Of a stretch of DNA of 44,533 nucleotides, positions 35,524-44,533 are shown in pieces. Each line of letters opens with the position of its first letter. Position 1 is the stretch's first letter. Where the stretch lies: the NCBI RefSeq assembly GCF_001194135.2, contig NC_068986.1:62862614-62907146 (forward strand), given 5' to 3'. A program made the translations under genes and the position numbers. Source of the DNA: Octopus bimaculoides (taxonomy: Eukaryota). The notes beneath the pieces are model-generated. The model saw only the letters and a program-made list of their open reading frames with translations, had not been told where the DNA came from and did no database searches.

Positions 35524-35843
35524 GAGTGCCATTTACATGACACCAGCAATGACCACGTCAATTCACAGGTGCCCTTTACATGGTACTTGCAATGACCACG
35601 ATTACAATTCATGAGCGCCATTTACATGGCACCATCAACGACCATGACTACAATTCATGGGTACCATTTATATGGCACCATCAATGACTAGAACTACAAT
35701 TCATGGATGTCATTTACAAGGCACCAACAATGGCCTGACTCCAATTTCTTGGGCACCATTTATATGGCACTGGCAATGGGCATGACTACAATTTCACAGG
35801 TGCTGTTTACATGACACCACCATGACCACAACTACAATTTCAC
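35524..35843. repeat. 46-bp minisatellite, ~7 units, each with a palindromic half
   Basis: Consensus GGTGCCATTTACATGGCACCAGCAATGACCACGACTACAATTCATG; unit spacing 43-47 bp. Confidence 0.8.
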
Positions 35844-35900
35844 TTTGCCTGATGAATTTTCAAATTACACTCTATTAGCACAAAGCTGAAAGCAAGCAAA
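35844..35900 (+). ncRNA. Degenerate hammerhead-like motif (HHR9)
   Basis: TTTGC-CTGATGA-[32 nt, poor helix II]-GAAA-GCAA-GCAAA. Helix I is 5 bp, but U16.1 appears as A. Confidence 0.3.
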
Positions 35901-35982
35901 TGAATAAGGGATTTAGCAAAATTTTGCGGTTAATTCTAGATTGTCCGATTTCCGGTTTAGTAATACAAATTACTTTACTGTT

Positions 35983-36703
35983 GCATATCCGTTAATCGTC
36001 GCATTTTATTTATTTTATTCAAGTTTATCACCATTAATTCATTCTCTCTAAATTTGTCTACCATAGTATACAAATGCAGAAGTTTAGCTCTCACCTAAAC
36101 TCGCTGGCATTTGCTGTTTCATTAAATTCTATTTCCCAGAATCCCCAAAATATTTTTCACTTCTGTCTCACAATTTCAGCATTTGCTGTTTCATTCAATT
36201 ATGTTACCGAAAATCCCAAAGAATATTCTCCTCATGATGTATTTACTGCCTGTCCACCTAACTTGGACCCCTCATTCTCTCTCTCTTCGATTTTACCACC
36301 CAGTTCGCCAACTCTCCGCCCCTCCCCCACCCTACTCTATATAAACCAGCTCAATGCTCTGCTTCCCATACACGATTTCCAATTCCTTTGCTGATAGAAT
36401 ACGAAATTCAGAAGATGAACAGATAAGAATTTTATCCTTTCAACCCCGTTAATGTACTCCTGTTACTGCATAGATCATAACCCTATCCCCCCCTTTCATT
36501 CTTTATTATCTATCTATTTCTTTACCATGTAAACATAGTTCCCATAGCTTCGTCTTCCTTGTTGTTTGTCTTAAGTTCATGCATATCCATTAATCGTCAC
36601 ATTTTATTTATTTTATTCAAGTTTATCATCGTTAATTCATTCTCTCTAAATTTGTCTACTATAGTATACAAGTGCAGAAGATGCTCTCACCTAAACTTGC
36701 TGG
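35983..36703 (+). repeat. ~125-bp direct repeats (35983-36108, 36581-36703); a ~50-bp core also occurs inverted at 34771-34820
   Basis: TGCATATCC(G/A)TTAATCGTC..GCAGAAG..GCTCTCACCTAAACT(C/T)GCTGGC. Confidence 0.8.
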
Positions 36704-36922
36704 CTCGCGGTACTACCGCCCTCCCACCCCCTCCATCTGCACCGGAAGTTCCTATCCTCTGTTATCCTTGGTTGTCTCCCGTGAACACTTCTAAGGGCCA
36801 AATGCCATCTCCACCCCACCCCAGGGTTTATCAATCGTATAGCACATAAAAATGGTGTAGTATATGCAGGATATAGGCTATTGTTTGTTTATGAATTCTG
36901 CCAATGCAAGCTTTCTTTTCAG

Positions 36923-37926
36923 GTACATGACACTGCTGTCCCTCATCCCAGGGTCTCACAGGCCCACACCTCCCACACCCTCAGAGTTGGCACACTCAAC
37001 GTCGGCACACTGAAAGATAGTTCTGGTGAGATTGTTGAGAAGCTTGAACGGAGACGTACTGCATCCAAGAAGTAAGGTGGAGAGGAGGTACAAGATTTTC
37101 TGGGCAGGGAACACTGACGGGGTCAGGGGCGTGGGTATACTTCTTGCGGAGAAATGGGTTGATAAGGTAATCGAGGTAATCAGAGTATGTGACAGAGTAT
37201 TTAAGATTAGATTAGTGCTTCACCATAGGTTAGCTATCGTTATCTCAGCCTATGCCCCTCAACCGGGGCTACCGGATGGGCAGAAAGACCATTTTTATGA
37301 CGCCCTATTGCAGACTACTGCGTTGACGAATGACAGGGACCTTCTCTTTGTGGCTGGTGATTTCAATGGACATGTTGGACAACATACAGGGGGCTTCCAT
37401 GGCGTACATGGAAGCTATGGCTTTGGTTCCCACAATGAGGGAACCAGACTGTTGGAGTTCTGTGATGCAAATGACTTTATGGTTTGCAATACCAACTACA
37501 GGAAACCTGCCTGTCACCTAGTCACCTACCATTCCAGCAGACACACTAGACAAATTGACTACATCCTCACCAGAAATAGGGAAAGAGGGCGGCTTATAAA
37601 TGACAAAATCTTCCCAGGCAAAGAATGTACCCCTCAACAGATTAGTAGTTAGCGACTTCGGGATCAGAGCTAAATGCATGCCCAGAAGTAGACCAGCTTG
37701 GAGGAGAAGGGTCTTGAAGCTTAAAGATCCTGCAAATGGACAGAGATTTAGATACGTGTTACTCGAAGCCTTCGACGAAATAGAAGGGGATATAACATCA
37801 CATAATGTGGAAGACAACTTGAGGTTTCTACGGGACAACCTGCTGAGAGCCACTGACCAGATCTGTGGATGGTGCAAAGTCCCCTCTTGACCCAAAGTAA
37901 CGTGGTGGTGGAACAATGTGGTTGAC
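36923..37926 (+). mobile_element. RTE LINE 5' portion (APE endonuclease and linker), ends abruptly
   Basis: LRVGTLNVGTLK..GEIVE; ISAYAPQ; VAGDFNGHVG; RQIDYIL; WWWNNVVD. Confidence 0.92.
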
Positions 37927-38874
37927 ATATATATGAGGTAAATCCAATTATTCATCTCAACCATGTGCATATTTGATCAAGATGATATTGCAGTAAATAT
38001 CAGGATTGGAGTGAATAAATAAATATATATGCAGACATAATTAAGGGTAAAATCAATTGATACGTGTGGATATATATATATGTATATGTATATATATATA
38101 TTCACGCCTAACCCTTTTGACCGGTTAGTGGCTATCCAACCGTAGCTAAGCCTAGATAGTTTAAAACAATAGATGTCCAATTAGATGCGAGGACTTTGCA
38201 GTAAAAATTACCACCACCCCGCAAAAAAAATACCAGCATGATTCTAAACACCCACTACTAGCAGGACCCTATCTTCTCCATACGAAAAAATAACAGAGTA
38301 CCTCATCACAATTTTAAAAAGTTGACATATTGTTGTTATTATTGTTATTATTATATCAACAACTCAAGAAATAAATTCTACATAGACCCCTCCACCACAT
38401 ACAGAACTGACACGCACATACCCCACAGATTTAGCATATAAACAGCTTTCCAAAGGCAACGAAAAACGTTCATACCAGGGATCATGTATATATGGGAGTA
38501 TTTATATATACATATATGTATGTATGTATGTACGTGTGGGGGAATATATACATATATATGTGTCTGTTCCCCTCACATATGGTAACAGTGACTGTTGACT
38601 ATTTTGGTATGCATGTACAGCCATCTGTGTATGTGCATCTGAGCACACATATATGTACTCATGTGTTTATGTCTTTGTATCCATGTATATCTGTACATGG
38701 TAATGTATACATACATATGCATGTATATATGAGTTTTTATGACTCTTTATATGGTTTTTTATATACTTTTTGTATGTTTTTATATGCCTTATATTTTTAT
38801 ATTTTTATTTTTTATTCTTATTTTTATTTTATATTTGTAAGTAAATTTTGCAAAATTCATGAATTGAATTTTGT

Positions 38875-39010
38875 AAATCTCTGAAGAGGCCTAGTGATTC
38901 ATGCATGTACCCCCATTACTTCATTTTCATCTACTAATTACTCCAGTGTACTGGAGTTATATAGATAGAATGGGGCTTGCCAACACTAGGCCGAAACAGC
39001 TGTAAGATTT
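38875..39010 (+). ncRNA. Type I hammerhead ribozyme motif with long extended helix II (HHR8)
   Basis: AAATCT-CTGAAGA-GGCCTAGTG-[87 nt]-CACTAGGCC-GAAAC-AGCT-GTA-AGATTT. Helix I is 6 bp and helix II 9 bp with canonical G10.1-C11.1. The insert holds nested pairings CCCCATT/AATGGGG, ATCTA/TAGAT and ACTCCAGT/ACTGGAGT. Confidence 0.85.
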
Positions 39011-39795
39011 TGTCCCTTCTCCAATTGCTAGATGTCCATTAAATTTGAAATCTTAATTGTTGATATGACATGGTACGTTATAAGTGTCTGTATATTGTCT
39101 TTTTTGTCATTTTGGTTATAAAATAAACAGATTAATCAACGGAATACAGTGTCTGCAAGTTGATGAGTACCTCATATTCCCCTCCATTTTCTTATTGCTA
39201 TATAAATTTAGGGTTAAAAAAAACCCATTTATCCATACCCACTTATTGCACTTGGTATAACACTAGTGTAATAATAATTGGGTACCCTCCCAACAGTATA
39301 TTGGCTATATATTATCCCTTAGTGGGTTGGATCTTCAACCCCTAACTCTCTTGGCGTATATATATTTGTATATATATATGAATGTATTTGTATGGGTATG
39401 TATATATATATTTATATTTATGAATTTCTGGTATATTCTACTGATGACAATAATGTAATTTGTATTACTAAACCAGAAATTGATGATCTACAATTAACCT
39501 CAAAATTTTACTAAATTTCTTTTATTCATTTGCTCGCTTTCAGCCTTGTGCTAATGGAGCATAATTTGAAGTGGTTTTTAGAGTTTTTTTGACGTCTATC
39601 TCTGATGTGTAGGTGCTATTTCTTAGTGCCCTTAATTATAATTGTATCTATATAATCATATATTTATATTAATGTTTTTATTACATACTGGCCACTGATA
39701 AGTTCATTAATTGATTTTATCCCTAATTGTGTTTTTGTATGTGTGTGTATGTATGTATGTATGTATGTATGTATGTATGTATGTATGTATGTATG

Positions 39796-39857
<62 letters not shown>

Positions 39858-39861
<4 letters not shown>

Positions 39862-40836
39862 GACCAGCTACTGAAACAAATTCCATCACATTCCAGGGAG
39901 AAAAATTAGGAGTAGTTGATGGTTTCCTTTACCTAGGGGACCAAGTCAGTAGTCGTGGTGGATGCTCTGAGAGCATAGCTTCTAGAATAAGAATAGCCTG
40001 GACAAAGCTGAGAGAGCTCCTTCTTCTGCTGGTAACAAAGGGCCTCTTGCTCAGAGTGAAAGTTAGACTGTATGATGTATGTGTGTGAACAGCCATGCTA
40101 CACAGCAGTAAAACATGGGCTATGACTGCTGAGGACATGTGTAGGCTTGAAAGAATTAAAGCTAGTATGCTCCGTTGGATGTGTAATGTAAGTGAGCACA
40201 CAAAACAGAATGTAAGCGTCCTGAGAGAAAAGTTGGACCTAAGAAGCATCAGATGTGGTGTGCAAGAGAGATGACTGTGCTGGTATGATCATGTGTTGCA
40301 TATGGAGGAGGACAGCTGTTTGAAGAAGCATCACACCCTAACAGTGGAGGGAACCTATGGGAGAGGTAGACCCAGGAAGACATGGGATGAGGTGGTGAAG
40401 CACAACCTTTTAATGTTGGGCCTCACAGAGGCAATGACAACTGACCGAGACCTTTGGAGATATGCTGTGCTTGACAAGATCTGGCAAGCCAAGTGAGATT
40501 GTAGTTGTCGCTTAAAACCTTCAATTGTCAGGCAATATGCTGTGCTTGAGAAGACTTGTTGAGTCAAGTGAAATTGTAGTCATGACTGATGCCAGTGCCA
40601 CCTGACTGGCTCTCATGCCGGTGGCATGTAAAAAGCACCATTCAAGTGTGGTCAATGCTAGTGCTGCCTGACTGGCGCCCATGCCATTGTCATGTAAAAA
40701 GTACCCACTGAACTTTCGGAGTGGTTGGCATTAGGAAAGGCATCCAGCTGTAGAAACCTTGCCAGATCAGATTGGAGCCTGGTGCCTTAATCAAACTGTC
40801 CAGCCCATGCCAGCATGGAAAGCAGACGTTAAACAA

Positions 40837-40840
<4 letters not shown>
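39858..40840 (+). mobile_element. RTE LINE 3' portion with tail
   Basis: YLGDQV..RIRIAWTKLRELL; EGTYGRGRPRKTWDEVVK; conserved tail ending GCAGACGTTAAACAATGAT. Confidence 0.9.
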
Positions 40841-40907
<67 letters not shown>

Positions 40908-42384
40908 NNNNNNNNNNNNNNNNNNNNNNNNNNNNNNNNNNNNNNNNNNNNNNNNNNNNNNNNNNNNNNNNNNNNNNNNNNNNNNNNNNNNNNNNNNNNN
41001 NNNNNNNNNNNNNNNNNNNNNNNNNNNNNNNNNNNNNNNNNNNNNNNNNNNNNNNNNNNNNNNNNNNNNNNNNNNNNNNNNNNNNNNNNNNNNNNNNNNN
41101 NNNNNNNNNNNNNNNNNNNNNNNNNNNNNNNNNNNNNNNNNNNNNNNNNNNNNNNNNNNNNNNNNNNNNNNNNNNNNNNNNNNNNNNNNNNNNNNNNNNN
41201 NNNNNNNNNNNNNNNNNNNNNNNNNNNNNNNNNNNNNNNNNNNNNNNNNNNNNNNNNNNNNNNNNNNNNNNNNNNNNNNNNNNNNNNNNNNNNNNNNNNN
41301 NNNNNNNNNNNNNNNNNNNNNNNNNNNNNNNNNNNNNNNNNNNNNNNNNNNNNNNNNNNNNNNNNNNNNNNNNNNNNNNNNNNNNNNNNNNNNNNNNNNN
41401 NNNNNNNNNNNNNNNNNNNNNNNNNNNNNNNNNNNNNNNNNNNNNNNNNNNNNNNNNNNNNNNNNNNNNNNNNNNNNNNNNNNNNNNNNNNNNNNNNNNN
41501 NNNNNNNNNNNNNNNNNNNNNNNNNNNNNNNNNNNNNNNNNNNNNNNNNNNNNNNNNNNNNNNNNNNNNNNNNNNNNNNNNNNNNNNNNNNNNNNNNNNN
41601 NNNNNNNNNNNNNNNNNNNNNNNNNNNNNNNNNNNNNNNNNNNNNNNNNNNNNNNNNNNNNNNNNNNNNNNNNNNNNNNNNNNNNNNATATATATATATA
41701 TATATATACACATATATATAATAAATAGATAAATATATATATAAGCATATGTGTGTGTGAAGAAAACTAATACACACCATGGATGCTCACTGAACTAAGC
41801 ATACAGAACCTACCCAATTACAATTACACACACTGCAGGAGCATGATAAAACCACATACATTTATTTAAACTCACCATGAGCAAAATGCAATACATACCA
41901 GACACCTGAAGAAAAGTCACAGAAGCATTAATAAACTAATTTATAATAAAACGGTGAAACTACATTCAGTGCATGTGTTTTCATTGGTAGGGTGACCTTT
42001 CCAAATAACAAGTATTATACACCTACATTTATGTATGTACATAAGTATGTATAGATGCATGTATAAATATTAAGAATGAATTGATATTTGTAAATTTACT
42101 ATATATTCATTCAGCTTCACTGTATAAAGACATCCTGTGGTTAAACCATAGGACTCTCTGCAAGATGAAATTGAGAACAGCTTGACTACTTTTGACTTGT
42201 TATTGCTATTTTATGATGAGCATTTACTTGCGTTCTCTCTACAGAGTAAATAAGCAGTTATGAAAAATGCAAGCACCATTTGCTTATTAATGCAATTCCA
42301 ATGGTATATCCCTACTTATTGGTTACTGAGTGTTCAATGTCTATGAATTAGGATATTTATTATTAGTTATCATTCAATGAAAAG

Positions 42385-43019
42385 TGGATTGTGTACAATA
42401 ATAAAAGACGTTCTTTGCAGTGGTTGGACCAAAATGAAACACCAAGAACCTTCCCTAAACCCAAGCTCTTTAAAAAAGAAGGATATCATGCCTGTCTGGT
42501 GGTGTACTGCTGGACTCATCCACTATAATTTCTTAAAACCTGGAAAAACCATTACTGCTGAAACATATTGTTGTGAAATTGCCAAAATAAATGAAAAACT
42601 GCTATTTCTCCATCCCAGACTGGTCAGCAGAAGAGGATTAATCAATCTTTATGACAATGCTTGACCACACATTTCACTAATGATGCTTCAGAAGTTGAGG
42701 TAACTTGGCTACGAAGTTCTTCCCCACCCAATTTATTCCCCAAACTTTTCTTCTACCGACTACTTTTTAAGAACTTTGATGATTTCCTGTGAGAGAAGGA
42801 GTTCAAAAATCAAGCTAATGCTGAAAGTGCATTCAGGGAGTTCATCAGCTCTAGAACTCCAGATATTTATGTTACCGGAATAAACAAACTTCTAACTCAG
42901 TGAGAAAAATATGTTGAATGTATTGGTACTTACTTTGATGAAAAAAATTTCTGTATTGTTGAAATATATTGTGAAGAATTTCAGGTTTCAAAACGTTGCT
43001 TACCTTTTACTCAGCCTGA
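42385..43019 (+). mobile_element. 5'-truncated mariner (catalytic domain fragment and right end)
   Basis: VWWCTAGLIHYNFLKPGKTITAETYC..LYDNA; PHP.YSP.FSSTDY; the end CTCAGCCTGA is followed by TA. Confidence 0.85.
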
Positions 43020-43110
43020 TATACACATGTATATATAAGTCTTTCATGTGTTTACGTAGTTTTCACTTGTTGGTGATGTCCTGTACTTAATATGTATCTT
43101 ATATGTATAA

Positions 43111-43147
<37 letters not shown>

Positions 43148-43251
43148 TATACACACATACATATACACACATATATATATACATATACATACATATATAT
43201 GTATATACATGCATATATATACATTCATATATACATACATATATACATACA

Positions 43252-44533
43252 TAGTTGGCAACTAAGTTCCCACTATTTTTTTAAATTTTGGAATCTATTT
43301 TTTTCTTTGAGAATTCTATTTTTGAATCATTTTGGAATCTATTTTGTTTTTTTTGTGAATTCTATTTTTGAATCATTTTGGAATCTATTTTGTTTTTTTC
43401 TAGTTAATTTTAGTTAATTGTTTATATTCAGATCATTAAAGTGGAATGTCAAGTTAAGAAAAATTAGCATTTTCGACACCTCCTTCTTTTTGCTTTTAAT
43501 CAAAGTTCTAAGGCCGCAAAAGCTGCTCGCAACATTTGTGCTGTGTATGGGGAGGGTGCCATAGCTGAAAGAACCACTTGTGATTGGTATGCAAAGTTAA
43601 AAAATGGAAGTTTTGACCTTCTGGTCGTTCAATTGAGTTTGGTGAAGAGTGATTAAACCAACTTTTGCACAAAAATACTCGTCAAACGACAAGGGAACTG
43701 GTAGAGAAAATAGAATGCTCTCACACTGCAATAGAGAAGCATCTTTACTCGATGGGAGAGGTTCAGAAGTATGGAGCATGGGTTCTGCATGCTTTAAGTG
43801 ACAAAAATAAAGATCAATGAGCCACAGTCTCTGCTGGTTTGCTTGCTCATCAGCACTCAACTCATGGAAAGAAGCAATGATTTCTTTACCGAATTGTTAC
43901 TGGTGAAAAAAAAAAGGTGCCTGTACATCAATATGAAACAGCGTAAGGAATGGCTTAGCCCCAGTAAACAAGTGACACCGCGCGTGAAACAAGATATTTA
44001 TCCATGTAAAATAATATTGTGCGTATGGTAGGATTGGGAAGGGATTATCCATTACGAATTGCTTGAACGGAACCAAACGGTCAATGCAGAACTTTATGTT
44101 CAACAGATAGAATGACTAAACATAGCTATTCAAGAGAAAAGACTTAATCAGCAGCATGGAGTTCTTCTGCTGCACCACAACGCCCGCCCTCATATTGCCA
44201 ATATGACCAAGGAAGCCATTCAAACATATGGCTGAGAAGTGCTACTACACCCACTGTACTCTCCTGATTTGGCACCAATGGATTTCCACCTCTTTTGATC
44301 TCTTTCAAATGCTATGCAGGGAATTTCATTCAGTACTGATGCAGTATTGAGAGCTTAGTTGGATCAATATTTCAACTCAAAATCAGGTGATTTCTGCCAA
44401 CAAGGTATTGAAAATCTTGTTGAACGTTGAGAAGAAGTTGTAAACAACAAGGGTGAATACATTGTTGATCAATTAGTTGTTATTTTTCAGTAAAGCTTTT
44501 AAAATATTTAAATTTTAAAAAACGTCGGGAACT
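43252..44533 (+). mobile_element. Mariner element, near full length and decayed; right TIR runs off the window
   Basis: Left TIR TAGTTGGCAACTAAGTTCCC; the window end ..CGTCGGGAACT is its partial reverse complement. Translation gives MECQVKKN*HFRHLLLFAFN..AARNICAVYGEG; LLHHNARPH; HPLYSPDLAPMDFHLF. Confidence 0.9.

Noticed and set aside
35524-35843. Palindrome-plus-spacer array resembling CRISPR
   Set aside because: The spacers are conserved rather than unique, there are no cas genes, and the context is eukaryotic. It is a minisatellite.
36700-36920. HDV-like ribozyme at the RTE 5' end (known for some RTE families)
   Set aside because: I could not build the nested double pseudoknot by eye. 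Only a small GCGG-TACTA-CCGC hairpin is visible. An RNAMotif HDV descriptor search would settle it.
39436-39480. CTGATGA followed by a weak hairpin and AAAC
   Set aside because: There is no GAAA, no NUH triplet and no clean helix I.
8449-41780. Long ORFs (270-350 aa) in the ORF track at ~8450-9490, ~12050-13190, ~14880-15790 and ~40690-41780
   Set aside because: They are runs of N (assembly gaps) translated as X. Only the mariner fragments at the edges of the 15077-15660 gap are real.
41900-41975. GACAC-CTGAAGA...GAAAC
   Set aside because: No helix II closure, and no NUH followed by a helix I partner.

Overview
AT-rich animal genomic DNA from a gapped scaffold, most likely a cephalopod such as Octopus. 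This is inferred from tRNA-derived OR/CORE-type SINEs, RTE LINEs with (GAT)n tails and very dense (TA)n/(CA)n/(TATG)n microsatellites. No host gene can be confidently identified. The window is essentially a transposon graveyard: RTE-clade LINE copies, three mariner elements, one Tc1 whose transposase contains a GT-AG intron, one Merlin (IS1016/IS1595-like) element, SINEs, MITEs and minisatellites. The most notable signal is non-coding. Nine minimal type I hammerhead ribozyme (HHR) motifs (CUGANGA...GAAA, with short, mostly self-complementary helix III) in several distinct sequence families are scattered through the window; three are degenerate. Two loci hold HHR pairs in inverted, outward-facing arms. 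One of these has a tRNA-like Pol III head (A box/B box) directly upstream of the ribozyme, which suggests a hammerhead-bearing SINE or retrozyme-like family mobilised by Penelope-like elements. All folds were assigned by eye. None of the ribozyme activity, family names or novelty has been tested.
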